DNA from: Heterodontus francisci
Taxonomy: Eukaryota
Reading direction: 5' to 3'
DNA length: 64,000 nt
Assembly: GCF_036365525.1 (NCBI RefSeq)
Contig: NC_090399.1
Coordinates: 15,127,558-15,191,557 of the forward strand
The notes below the pieces were generated by a model. It was given only the letters and a program-made list of their open reading frames with translations, was not told where the DNA came from and searched no databases. Position numbers and translations under genes: made by a program. Every line of letters begins with the position of its first letter. The stretch's first letter is position 1. Shown here piece after piece: positions 13,141-25,820 of the stretch.

Positions 13141-13880
13141 CAACATAGGGACATTGAACAGTAGTAGGCCATTCATCCCCTCGAGCCTGTTCCACCATTC
13201 AATTAGATCATGGCTTATCTCTGCTGTAACCCTTAATAACCTGTCCTAACAAAAATCTATCAACCTCAGTTTTAAAATTTTCAATTCACCCAACCTCAAT
13301 CGCTTTCTGGGGGAGGGTTCCCACCATCCTTTATATGAGGAACGGCTTTCTGACATCACCGCTAAAAAGCAAAGCTCTAATTTTAAGGTTATACCCACTT
13401 ATTCTAGACTCACCCAGCAGGAGGATATAATGTCTTTCTATCTAGCTTACTAAATCCTTTAACCTTCCTGAGCACCTCGATTAGATCATCCCTTAATCTT
13501 CTACAGTAAATGAAATAAAAGTTTCGGCTATGCAACTTGTCCTCATAATTTAAACCTTTTGGTCCTGCTATCATTTTGGCGAATCTGAGCTGCACCCCCT
13601 CCAAGGCAAATATATCCTTTCTGAGGTATAGTGCCCAGAAATTAATCCAGTCCACCAGATGGGGTCTAACCATAGCTATGTATAGTAGTAATATAACTTG
13701 CACTCCTTTGTATTCCAGTCCCATTGAGATAAAGCCCAATATCTCTTTAGATTTTAAATTCGCTTTTGTACCTGTCTACCAATTTTTAATGAACTCTGTA
13801 CCTGGACCCCCAAATCGCCCTGTTCACCCACATCTCCAAGCTTCTCAGCATTCAGAAAATATTCTATCTTTCTTAGGCAT
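13141..13880 (-). mobile_element. CR1 3' fragment
   Basis: Minus ORF with LYIAMVRPHL, ALEGVQLRF, RRLRDDLIEV; CR1 tail at the left end. Confidence 0.8.
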
Positions 13881-13884
13881 AATC

Positions 13885-16150
13885 TTCCCTAGATACGGGG
13901 AGGTGCCAGAGAATTGGAGAGTGGAAAATGTGACAACTTATTTAAAACAAAAGTGTTATGATATTCCTAGTAACTATAGTCTGGTACGTTTAATATCAGT
14001 GGTGGGTACTGTTTTTGAAATAATAATCAAGGAAAAAAATCTCAGCAAGCACTTGGAAAGGTTTGAGTTAATTAAGGAGAGCTAGCATGGATTTGGAAAA
14101 GGCAAATCGTGCTTGAAAAATCTAATTGAATGTTTTGATGGAGTAACAGAGAAAGTTGAAGAAGGGAATGCAATGGATGTTGTCTGTATGGATTTTAAGA
14201 ACACGTTTGACAACGTTTGGCTGCTTAACAAAATTGAGGCTGATGGAATAGGAAGGTCAGTGTCAGCTTGAATAAAAAAATGGCTTAAGGACAGAAAACA
14301 GCCAGTCGTAGTAAATGGTTGTTTTTCAGAACGGAGGACAATAGCCAGTGGTCAGTGCAATTGCCACCGCCTTTTTGCTATATATAAACGACTTGGATAT
14401 TGGAATAAGAGTAAAATTTCAACATTTATCGATGATACCAAACTTGGAAGTGTTGCAAACAGTGAGGATGACACCAATCGACTACAACAGGACATAGATA
14501 GGCCAGCAGAATGGGCAGAAAAGTAGCAGATGGAATTTAATATAGATAAGTTTGAGATGATGCATTTCGGCAGCAGGGATAGGGAGTGGCAATAGGGATT
14601 TAATGGCACAGTTCCAAAGAGCGTGCAGGGTCAGAGTGACCTCGGGGTTCATGTGCATAAATCGTTGAACCTGATAGGACATATTGAGAGAGCCATTAGC
14701 AAAGTGTAGGTGATCTTGGACTTTATAAATAGAGGTATTGAGTACAAAAGCAGGGAATTTATGCTGAAACTTTATAAAACTCTGGTTGGGCCACAACTAA
14801 AGTTTTGCATCCAGTTCTGATCACCATAATTTAGGAAGGATGTGAGGGTGCTAGAGGTTTACCAGAATAGTTCCAGGGATGAGGGTTGGAGAAGCTGAGG
14901 TTATTCTCCCTGGAGCAAAGAAGGTTGAGGGGAGATTTGATTTTGATGTACAAGATTATGACGGATTTAGGTAAGGTAGAGAAAAGTCATTCCCATTAAC
15001 TGACTGAACAAGGACTAGGGAGATACAGATTTAAGGTGTTGGGCAAGAGAACAGGGACTGTGAGCAAGAACATTTTTATGCAGTTTGTGGTAATGACCTG
15101 GAACTTGCTGCCTACAAGGTTGGTGGAGATGATGAATGATTTCAAAAGAAAATTGGATGGACATTTTGGGGACATAAGGTTGCTGGGCTACGGGGATAGA
15201 GAGCGGGAATAGGACTGTCTGGATTGCTCTACAGAGAGACAACATGGACTCAATGGGACTGTAAGCACATGTATTATTTTATCTTTTAATTTACAATCAC
15301 TTTTTAACCATGTAACTGTTCTTTTATTTCTTTTGTATTAAAGAATGTAGACTGGTTGTGGTGGAGTCCTGAGTGTGTGGAGTTTGTCTCATGGTGGCAA
15401 CATGGAGCATTGAAGTACCCGGACCGAAGACATCTAATGAACTGTATTGTGGGCTTGAAAACGCAAGACAAGATGGTCAATTCTGATCATGACAGAGCCT
15501 TGTCAGAAGTAGCAAGATCTACAAAACTAATCAACCTTCAAAAATGCTAAACTTCAGGAAGAGATCCAGGCCTTGCTTGTTAAGAGCTTAAAAAAAGTCT
15601 CTCTGGACCAGGCTGAAGATTGATAACAGTGCTCGAGACAATGAAGCAGAGAAACTGTCTTTGTTATCTGAATCAGTGAGCCCTGAAACTCCTACATGAG
15701 GCCCAAGCGTGTAACCATGTACCTTGTTTTTCCAACAGCATAGTGAGGTAATTGTAGATCAATCGAAGAAGTTAAGAACATGTTTTACCTTCTATGGAAC
15801 AGGGCCATAGCAAAAATAAAGGTATAAAGAAAGAGCCCACAGGAGCATCTTTGCTGCAGTGGTTAGGGTGGCATACTCGGCCATCCAGAAGTTGTGCACA
15901 GGAGATTCGTTGGCAGATTGACCACTGAGACAGACCTAGGCTCACAGGACTGCTGAGCAACTGGTATTATTGTGACTATGTACTATTGCTTAGTGGTGTA
16001 ATCAAGGTGTACCACATCTAAGTGGAACAATATCCAAGTTGTTGTGTGCTATTGATACTCAGCATAAAGGCTAGAACGTTTAGACCAGCTAGAGGATCTT
16101 ACAGACCGAATGGCCTTCTTCTGCACCGTAAATGACCCTATAACTCTATG
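13885..16150 (+). mobile_element. CR1 RT/3' fragment, its tail split by a solo LTR
   Basis: VPENWRVENVT, GKSCL, FIDDTKL motifs; tail …atgggac|LTR|gaccgaatggcc…ctctatg. Confidence 0.8.
15260..16103. mobile_element. Solo LTR-like insertion (844 bp)
   Basis: Begins TGTAAG and ends CTTACA (perfect 6-bp inverted termini); interrupts a CR1 3'UTR that rejoins across it; flanking duplication only 'gac'. Confidence 0.7.
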
Positions 16151-16419
16151 CGACTTAATTCATCCCCTTTACCTGTATCCCTGGAATTTTATCCACATCT
16201 CAATGAAAAAGATTATTGGTGCTTATCCTTCACATTAGCAGTCGTCCTAATCCCGTTTGTCAGTCCTGCTCCCAAATACGGCATTCAGTTACATAAGGCA
16301 AGTAACAGAGGAGCATCTCAGTGCCTGAGGCATGTGAGTCTTGAGCCTGACCAGGCGTGTGAGTGACTGGGGTTAATCCGACACTAAAGTGTTAAATATG
16401 GAGAAGTTATTCCTTCAAG

Positions 16420-16780
16420 TGCATACCCAACAGATTTTTAAAATGCGATGAGTGTTTTTGCTTCTACTGCCTCTTCCAGTACTGAGTCCCAGACTCCTAC
16501 CATCCTCTGGGTGAAAACAATACTCAACTCCCCTCTACTCCTCCCATCAATTGCATTAAATCTATGCTCCCTGGTTATTGATATCTCTGCTAAGAGAAAT
16601 AGGTCCTTCTTATCCATTCTATCTAGACCCTTCATAATGTTATACACCTTCATTAATTCTCTCCTCAGCCTCTTGGGCCAATAAAGGAAAGTATCCTGTA
16701 TGCCTTCCTAAACAGCTTATTTACCTGTCCTGTTAGCCTCAGGAATCAGTGGACATTCACTCTAAGGTCCTTCTGTTCAC
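16420..16780 (-). mobile_element. CR1 3' fragment
   Basis: KVYNIMKGLDR…FTQRMVGVWD…AVEA. Confidence 0.75.
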
Positions 16781-17129
16781 AAACCGAGGTAGAGAGAGAG
16801 TGATTGTTAGATTATATTGAAAGGAAAAATGCTAAATATAATCTTAATTTGATGTAAGATTCACAGACATCTAAGAAACAGGCATGGGGTGTGAAACATC
16901 GGGTTGAGAGGAAGAAATATAGATGGGGAGAGAAAGGGAGTAACAGGCATGTAGACAGTAGAGAGCTACTCTTGCTGGCAATCTCTCCCCATCTCTATAT
17001 CTCTCCTTCTATTTTACTCATTCAATCCCTATTCTCCCTCTCTGTTATTCTCTCTCCATGTTATCTCTCCTTTTCTCACTATCTCTATCTCCCTCTGTAC
17101 CCTTTCAATCCCTGTCTCTCCCTGTGTCA

Positions 17130-17550
17130 TGCTGGGATTGTTCTCCTTGGAGCAAAGGAGATTGAGAGGAGATTTGAGAGAGGTGTACAGATTATGACAG
17201 GATGATAAGGTAGACAAAGAAAAGCTGTTTTCATGAGCTGCTGGTACAAGGACTAGAGGACTCAGATTTAAGGTTTTGGGTAAGAGATGCAGGGGATGTG
17301 AAGAAGAATTTTTTTACGCGGTAAGTGTCAGTGACCTGGAACTCATTGTCCATGAGGGTGATGGAAGTAGAGAAGATGAATGATTTCGAAAGGAGATTGG
17401 TTGGGCACATGAGGGAAATAAACTTGCAAGGTTACGGGGACAGAGAGGGGGAATGGGACTGACTGGATGGCTCTACAGAGAGCAGTCATGGACTCGATGG
17501 GCCGAATGGCCTCCTTCTGTCCCGTAATAACTCTTTGAATCTACGACTCC
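17130..17550 (+). mobile_element. CR1 3' fragment
   Basis: LGLFSLEQRRLRGD-type sequence and CR1 tail ggactcgatgggccgaatggcctcc. Confidence 0.8.
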
Positions 17551-18214
17551 AAAGCGGAGGACTTTACATTTCCCACATTAAACTCCATCTGCCACAATTT
17601 TCCCCTCTCATTTAATCTATCAATGTCGCTTTGCAACGTTCTGTTCCTATTTACACTATTTACTTAGTATATTTACATATTGGGATAACATTTTCTCTGA
17701 TGCGTTTACACAGTCCCTGTACACAGTGACCCAGAGGACCTCTTTTCCTACTTTGGTCAGTTTGTCAGGCTGGTAAAGCAAATAGTTTTGATAATGAGAA
17801 TGAAGATGCAATTACCAAAGGTTTTCGAAGAGACACCGCCTCTACACATTGAAACACTTCTACAACTGGGGAATTAGGAACAGCAGCAGATTTGCACACA
17901 TTTGTAACTAACATGTTGAACAATTATCGGCGGGGTAATAAAGAGCAAGACGATTGGTGTCCTGATACTGTTTCAGATTGCTTAGCGAGAGGGTAAAGGT
18001 ATATCTAGAATCAAGGTTTTGAGGTCTTTCAGGCTTCTTCCCAGAGCTTCATTTGATAGTGGCGTACTCGGCATGATGTGTCTCATATTCAACTGTACTC
18101 GTCTTCGCCCCTTGCTTTTTGTTCACTTTGGCGTATTGCTGGGAAACTGCCTCATCACTGCCACGATTGGAATATACCTAAGAATTATAACAATCAGATT
18201 AAAATTAGATATAA

Positions 18215-18308
18215 AAGTTCCGAAGAAGGGTCCGAAACGTTAACTCTGCTTCTCTTTCCACAGATGCTGCCAGACCTGCTGAGTGGTTCCAGCATTTCTT
18301 GTTTTTGT
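18215..18308 (+). mobile_element. 94-bp Penelope pLTR mini-insertion with hammerhead-like motif
   Basis: Exact 16-bp TSD TTAAAATTAGATATAA (18199-18214, 18309-18324); insert matches the Penelope tail at 22143-22240. Confidence 0.85.
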
Positions 18309-18544
18309 TTAAAATTAGATATAATTCACAATGCATTTACTATAGATCAACGCCAATTTGCATGTTTGTAGAGTTCTTAAAGTAGAAAAAATGTTCCAAG
18401 GTATTTGAGTGATGTGTAATCAGAGAATAAAAAGACGCAGATTCAAGACTGGGCGTCGGAGAAACAGTCTGACAGCACAAGGAATGGTCCTGATTAGTAG
18501 TGGATGAATAGAGGTCTAAGTGGTATAGTGAAGTTTTCAGAGAG

Positions 18545-21500
18545 TCATAGTATGATAGAATTGTTACAGCACTGAAGGAGGCCATTCGGCCCATCGTGTC
18601 CGTGCTAGCTCCCTGCAAGCGCACTCACCTCGGCCCACACCCAGCATGTTTCCTGTCGCTCTGATTTGTTTCTCTTCAGATAAGTATCGAATTCCATTTT
18701 GAAAGACAACATTGAATGGGTCAACCGCACTCTCAGAAAGTGCATTTTTCCTCACGTTTACCCTCATGTTACCTTTGATTCTTTTGCCATTTAACTTAAA
18801 TCGGTGTCATTTGATTCTCGATCCTTCTCTGTATACTCTATCCACACCCCACTATTAAATCTCCCCTCAACCTTCTGTCCTCCAGCTTCTCCAAACTATC
18901 CGTGCAACTGAAATCCCTCATCTCTGGAACCATTCTTGTAATTCTTTTCTGCACTCTTTCCAAAGCCTTCACCTCCTTCCCAAAGTGTAGCTCCTAGACT
19001 TGGACACAATGCTCGAGTTGAGGCTGAACCAATGTTTTTATAAAGGTGCATCATAACTTCATTGCTTTTGTATAAAGCCCCAGGATTCTATATGCTTTAT
19101 TAACAACTTTCTCAACCTACCCTGCCACCTTCAACGATTTGTGTAAATATACCCACAGGTCCCTCTGCTCCTGCACCCCGTTTAGAATTGCACCCTCTAT
19201 TTTACTTATTTAGATGCAGCGCTGAAGCAGGCCCTTCGGCCCACCGAGTCTGTGCCAACCAGCAACCACCCATTTATATTAATCCTACATTAACCCCATA
19301 TTCTCGACCACATCCCCACCATTCTCCTCCCACCTACCTACACTAGGGGCAATTTACAATGGCCAATTTACCTATCAACCTGCAATTCTTTGGCTGTGGG
19401 AGGAAACCGGAGCACCAGGCGAAAACCCACGCAGACACAGGGAGAACTTGCAAACTCCGCACAGGCAGTACACAGAACTGAACCCAGGTCGCTGAAGCTG
19501 TGAGGCTGTAGTGCTAACCACTGCGCCACTGTGTTTTGCTTCCCCTTGTTCTTACTCCCAAATTGCACCTCTTCACACTTCCCTGCATTAAATTTCATCT
19601 CCCACATGACCGCCCATTTCACCAGCCTGTCCATGCCCTCTTGAAGTCTATCACTATCGTCCTCACAGTTTACAACACTTCCAAGTTTCGTGTCATCCGT
19701 AAATTTTGAAATTGTGCCCTGCACACCCAAGCCAAGCTCATTAATACAGATAAAGAAAAGCAGTGGTCCGAATATCAATCCCTGTGTAAACCCACTATAT
19801 ACAGTCCTCCAGTCCAATAAATGACCGTTTACCATGACTCGCTATTTCCTGTACTCAGCCAACTCCATCTCCATGCTGACACTGTCCTGTTTATCTTATG
19901 GACTTTTTAACGTTGCTGACTAGTCTGTTATGTGGCACTTTATCAACTGGCTTTTGTAAATCCATTTACACCACATCAACTTCATACCCGCATCAACCTT
20001 CTCTGTCACCTAATCAAAAAACTGAATTAAGTTAGTTTATCACGATTTGACCTTGACAAATCCGTGCTGGCGTTCCTTAGTTGATCAACATTTGTCGAAG
20101 TCACTGTTAATTTTGTCCCAGAATATAATTTCTAAAAGCTTTCCCAGCACCGAGGTTAAACTGACTGGGCTGCAGTTGCTGGACTTTTTCTTACCACTTT
20201 TTGAATTTGCAATTTGTCAGTCCTCTAATACCATCCATTTATCTGAGGAGGATTGGAAGATTATCGCCAGTGCCTCTACAATTTTCACCCTTACCTTCCT
20301 CAGTATCATAGGATGCATTTGATCAGTCCTGGTGATTATCTGCTTTAAGTACAGCCAAGCTTTCTAATTCCTTCTCTTGATCAATTTTTAACCCATTCTG
20401 TGTCTCAAATCCCTCTTATTTCGCTATGATTTGGGCAGTATCTTCTTGGTAAAAAATTAATACCTCAGCCCTGCCTTCTGCCTCCCTGTGCAAATCTTTT
20501 TTGTTCCCTAATCAGACCTACTCCTCTTTTTGCCACCCTTTTACTATCTATGTGCCAATAAAAGGCACTTGGGTTCCCTTTTATGTTAGTTGCCGGTCTC
20601 TTCTCATGCTCTCTCTTTGTTTCTCTTACTTGTGTTTTTTGTTTCACTTCCCCTCTGAACAATCTATATTCAGCCTGGTTCTCACTTCTATTATCCCCCT
20701 GACATCTGTCATACGCATCCTTTTCCTGTTTCATCGTACTCTCCATCTCTTTCATCATCCAGGGAGCTCTGGATTTGTTTCCCCTACCGTTCCACCTCAT
20801 GGAAATGGACCTTGTCTGTACCTGAACTATCTCCCCTTTTAGGGCAGCCCTTTATTCTGTTACAGTTTTGCCTGACAATCTTTGATTCCAATTTTGGGCC
20901 AGATCCGCTCTCACCACATTGAAATTAGCTCTCCTCCAATTAATTATTTCTACTCTGGATTGCGCCGCGTCCTTTTTTATAGCCAACCTAAACCTTATGG
21001 TACTATGATTACTGTTTCCTAAATGTTCCCTTACTGACACTTGATCCACTTGACCCATTTCGGTTCCTTAGAAATCGATCTAGGAATATTGGACCAGAAA
21101 CACACTGATCTAGAAGATGTTCCTGAATACACTCCAGAAACAATTCCCCCTCTCTGTACTTTACAGTATTGCTATCCCAGCCTATATTAGGATATTTGAA
21201 GCCCTCTATAATTACCCTCTATTGATTTTGCACCTCTCTGAAATTTCCTTGCATATTTGTTCCTTTATATCTTTCCCACTAGTTGGTGGCCTGTAGAATG
21301 TACTCCATAATGTAATGGTACATTTATTGTTTCTTATATCTAACCAAAGAGATCCTGTCATTGATCCCTCGAAGACATTCTCCTTAATCAATATTGCCAC
21401 CCTTTTCCCTCCTTCCCTATACTTCGATAACACTTTTTATTCAGTACTTAGTCCTGTCCTTTTTGAGCCAGATCTCCGTTATCATCATGAAATTATATTC

Positions 21501-21545
21501 GCACTTGGCTATCTGCCCCTGACGCTCACCAACCTTATTTACCAC
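18545..21545 (-). mobile_element. Degenerate CR1 ORF2 (APE + RT + 3'UTR) with an HE1 SINE inside
   Basis: ISKFTDDTKLG, IKGNPSAFY, FYRPP motifs; CR1 tail at ~18545-18600. Confidence 0.85.
19206..19533 (-). mobile_element. HE1-type V-SINE
   Basis: tRNA-like head CACAGTGGCGCAGTGGTTAGCAC, V-domain TGCGTGGGTTTT…GGTGCTCCGGTTTCCTCCCACA, CR1-derived tail. Confidence 0.9.
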
Positions 21546-22280
21546 ATTGGGGTGACCAAACAGAGACTGCGTGACTGCTTTGCGGACACCGCCGCTCAGT
21601 CCGAAAGCGTGACCCAAGCTTCCAGTCGTTGGCCATTTCAACACACCCCTCTGCTCTCATGCTCACATCTCTGTCCTGGGATTGCTGCAGTGTTCCAGTG
21701 AACATCAACACAAGCCTGAGGAGCAGCATCTCATTTACTGATTAGCCACACTACAGCCTGCCGGACTGAACATTGAGTTCAACAATTTCAGAGCATGACG
21801 GGCCCCTCATTTTACTTTTACCTTCAGTTATTTTTTATTTTTTCTTAAATTTTTTGTGTTTATTTCATTTTAGTTTGCTCAGTTTGTTTCTACTGTGCCT
21901 ACCCACTGTTTTTTCATATTTGTGCAAAAAGCTGTTCAGTTTTCAGTCCATTAACACCCTATCTGTACAAATGCTTTGTCTTTCATCACACCATTAACAT
22001 ATTGTTTGCCTTTGCTCCATGACCTTCGAGTCAGCTGTTCTGTGACCTTGTCCTATCAATACCTTCTCTTTTGTTATCTTTTGCCCCCCCCCCCCACTTC
22101 CGCTTTACTTGCTTAAAATCTTTTACATTTCTTATACCTGCCAGTTCTGAAGAAGGGTCACTGACCTGAAACGTTAACTCTGCTTCTCTCTCCACAGATG
22201 CTGCCAGACCTGCTGAGTTTTTTCCAGCACTTTCTGTTTTTATTTCAGATTTCCAGCATCCGCAGTATTTTGCTTTTTTT
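21545..22280 (+). mobile_element. Penelope-like element 3' part (GIY-YIG end + pLTR)
   Basis: HIGVTKQRLRDCFAD matches the YIGETKRRLGDRFAEH-type motif of the copy at 59546-59959; pLTR with hammerhead. Confidence 0.85.
22143..22179 (+). ncRNA. Minimal type I hammerhead ribozyme (Penelope-associated)
   Basis: AGTT-CTGAAGA-A-GGGTC act GACCT-GAAA-CGT-T-AACT: CUGANGA and GAAA cores, stem II hairpin, palindromic ACGT stem III, stem I AGTT/AACT. Confidence 0.75.
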
Positions 22281-22469
22281 CTAATATAGACCTTATTGCA
22301 TTCACTCTTACTTTGACCCCATCTAATGCCACGCTGTTTCTTACTCTATTGCTATGGGTGTCCCCCAATTCCTTGTGCGCCTTGTTTTTCCCTCTGTAAT
22401 GTTACCTGCTGGTTCCTAAACCCCTCCCCAACAGCATTAGAAAACTGCCCCGAAAGGGCATTTTTTTGA

Positions 22470-23450
22470 ATACATGGCTTCGGTGATGTCAGCAAAGAGA
22501 ATCATACAGATGAAGAAGCAAGAGATGGATCCTTTAGAGACTCCTGGGCTAAGGGTTTTGGGTAGAAAGAGCAGCCGTTACTAGAGAGGTCCTGGTTAAA
22601 ATTAAATGATTATGGTAGAGCCAAGTAAGAGCAGCCCCACGGAGGAATCCTGTGATAGTGGTGTCAACGTTTACAGGGAGGAGAAATGGTAGATCATTTC
22701 ACAGTAGCAGAACGTGCCACTCGTAACTTTGGTCAGGGTCGTTTTTATGTCGTGGTAGAGGCAGAAAACTGATTTAAGGGGAGATGGGTTCAGATCAGGG
22801 AGGCGACAGCACGTTAAGGGCCTTGGTGAGGAAAGGATGGTTGAAGATAGGACATTAGCTCAAAAGGATAGAAAGATGCACCGCAGCAATTTGCCAAGGC
22901 TCCTTCCACAGCACCCCTAAACCCGCTAGCTTTATCACCTAGAAGAACAAGGACAGCATCTTCAAACTCCCCTCCAAGCTGTACATCATTCTGCCTTAGA
23001 AATATATCACCGGTCCTTCATCATTGCTGGCCCAAAACCCTACTTAACAGTAGTGTAGATGCACGTGTATACGGACTGCAGCGGTTCATGGATGCAGCTC
23101 AATATCACCTGCTCAAGGGCAATAAGGAGTGGGCAATAAATATTGACTTTGCCAGTGATGTCCACATCCTGTGAATGAATAAATAAAAAACACGATCTTG
23201 AGAGGGGGGTAATGGCAACCACTTTGAAAGGTAGGGTGACAGCGTCTGCTTAAATGCAACTATTTGAAATATTGGCTAAAAACAGTGTCAGGAAGGGACA
23301 TTGGGTGATTAGTTTAGTAGGAATGGAGGTCAGGAAATCAGGACGTAGGTCTTATGGATGAGTTCAATTTAGAAGGGGTGTGGGGAAAAGGGCAGATAAA
23401 AGGTGTCAGTGCAATGATGAAGCGGGACTGAGGAAGATTTGGCTTAGCAG
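22470..23450 (-). mobile_element. Old L2-like RT fragments (with a Zenon-type tail inserted on + at ~22878-23190)
   Basis: Minus strand near 22720-22775 reads as a decayed QSGFRxxHSTETALTKVTND L2 motif. Confidence 0.55.
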
Positions 23451-23456
23451 ACAAGA

Positions 23457-23745
23457 GGCAGCACAGTTAGCACCACAGCCTCCAGCTCCAGCGACCCAGG
23501 GTCAGTTCTGGGTACTGCCTGTGCGAAGTTTGCAAGTTCTCCCGGTGACCACATGGATTTTCTCGGGGTACTCCAGTTTCCTCCCACATGCCAAGACTTG
23601 TGGGTTGATTGGTAAATTGCTCCTAGGAAAATTGAGGGAAAGTGGGGATGTGAGAGGAAAATGGGATTAAAGTAGGATTAGTATCAATGGGTGGTTGATG
23701 GTCAGCTTGGACTCGGTGGGCCGAAGGGCCTGTTTCAGTGCTATA
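23457..23745 (+). mobile_element. HE1-type V-SINE
   Basis: Homologous to 19206-19533 and 54571-54899. Confidence 0.85.
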
Positions 23746-23754
23746 GCTAACAAA

Positions 23755-25690
23755 GAACAATACAGCACAGGAACAGGCCATTCGGCCCTCCAGGCCTGCG
23801 CCGATCTTGATGCCTGCCTAAACTAGAGCCTTTTGCACTTCCGGGGACTGTATCCCTCTATTCCCATCCGATTCATGTATTTGTAAAGATGCCTCTTAAA
23901 CGTCATTATCGTACCTGCTTCCACCACCTCCCCCGGCAGCAAGTTCCAGGCACTCACCACCCTCTGTGTAAAGAATTTGCCTCGCACATCCCCTCTAAAC
24001 TTTGCCCCTCTCACCTTAAAACTATGTCCCCTAGTAACTGACTCCTCCACCCTGGGATAAAGCTTCTGACTATCCACTCTGTCCATGCCGCTTATACCTT
24101 TGTAAACCTCTATCATGTCACCCCTCTACCTCCGTCGTTCCAGTGAAAACAATCCGAGTTTATCCAACCTCTCCTCGTACCTACTGCCCTCCAGACCAGG
24201 CAACATCCTGGTAAACCTCCTCTGTACCCTCTCCAAAGCCTCCGCGTCCTTCTGGTAGTGTGGCGACCAGAATTGCATGCAATATTCTAAGTGTGGCCTA
24301 ACTAAAGTTCTGTACAGCTGCAACATGACTTGCCAATTTTTATACTCTATGGCCCGAGCGATGAAAGCAAGCATGCCGCATGCCTTCTTGACTACCTTAT
24401 CCACCTGCGTTGCCACTTTCAGTGACCTGTGGACCTGTATGCCCAGATCTCTCTGCCTGTCAATACGCCAAAGGGTTCTGCCATTTATTGCATACTTCCC
24501 ACCTGCATGAGATCTTCCAAAATGCATTACCTCACATTTGTCTGAATTAAACTCCATCTGCCATTTCTCTGTCCAAGTCTCCAACCGATCTATATCCTGC
24601 TGTATCCTCTGACAATCCTCATCACGATCTGTAACTCCACCAACCTTTCTGTCGTCCGTAAACTTACTATTCAGACCAGCTACATTTTCCTCCAAATCAT
24701 TTGTATATACTACAAAGAGCAAAGGTCCCAGCACTGATCTCTGCGGAACACTACTAGTCACAGCCCTCCATTCAGAAAAGAACCCTTCCACTGCTACCCT
24801 CTGTCTTCTATGACTGAACCAGTTCTGTATCCATCTTTCCAGCTCACCTCTGATCCCTTGTGACTTCAGCTTTTGCTGAAGTCCATATAGATAACATCCA
24901 CTGCCCTTCCTTCAAGAATCATCTTTGTCACTTCCTCAAAACACTCAATCAAATTAGTGAGACACGACCTCCCCTTCACAAAACCATGCTGCCTCTTGCT
25001 AATAAGTTCATTTGTTTCCAAATGGGAGTAAATCCTGTCCCGAAGAATCCTCTCTAATAATTTCCCTACCACTGATGTAAGGATCACCGGCCTATAATTT
25101 CCTGGATTATCCTTACCACCCTTCTTAAACAAAGGAACATTGGCTGTTCTCCAGTCCTCTGGGACCTCACCTGTAGCCAATGAGGATGCAAAGATTTCTG
25201 TCAAGGCCCCAGCAATTTCTTCCCTTGCCTCCCTCAGTATTCTGGGGTAGATCCCATCAGGCCCTGGGGACTTAGCGACCTTAATGCTTTGCAAGACACC
25301 CAATACCTCCTCATTTTTGATGATGAGATGACTGAGACTATCTACACTCCCTTCCCTAGGCTCATCATCCACCAAGTCCTTCTCTTTTGTGAATACTGAT
25401 GCAAAATACTCATTTAGTACCTCGCCCATTTCTTGTGGCTCCACACATAGATTCCCTTCTTTGTCCTTGAGCGGGCCAACCCTTTCCCTAGTTGCCCTCT
25501 TGCTCTTTATATATGTATAAAAAGCCTTGGGATTATCCTTAATCCTGTTTGCCAATGACTTTTCATGACCCCTTTTAACCGTCCTGACTCCTTACTTAAG
25601 TTCCTTTCTACTGTCTTTATATTCCTCAAGGGATTCGTCTGTTCCTAGCCTTCCAGCCCTTACGAATGCTTCCTTTTTCTTTTTGACTAG
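23755..25690 (-). mobile_element. 5'-truncated young CR1 (RT + 3'UTR)
   Basis: ORFs 24866-25555, 24126-24791 and 23823-24116 closely resemble ORF2 of the 6811-10933 element. Confidence 0.92.
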
Positions 25691-25714
25691 AGATCCAAGT
25701 CGTTGAATAAATAA

Positions 25715-25820
25715 GAGCAAAATATTGCTGGAAATCTGAAATAAAAATAGAAAATGCTGGAAATACTCAGCGGGTCTGGAGAGAGAAACAGAGTTAACGA
25801 TTCAGGTCGCTGATCAGATG
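25715..25820 (-). mobile_element. Penelope pLTR remnant
   Basis: aaatgctggaaatactcagc…agagttaacg, reverse complement of the 22170-22270 tail. Confidence 0.7.

Noticed and set aside
17720-17760. CACAGTG heptamers (also ~31754 and ~27231) as V(D)J recombination signals
   Set aside because: No ACAAAAACC-like nonamer at 12- or 23-nt spacing; not adjacent to V/D/J segments
18019-18243. ORF with a hydrophobic TM-like stretch
   Set aside because: No convincing splice sites or partner exons; runs into a Penelope mini-insert
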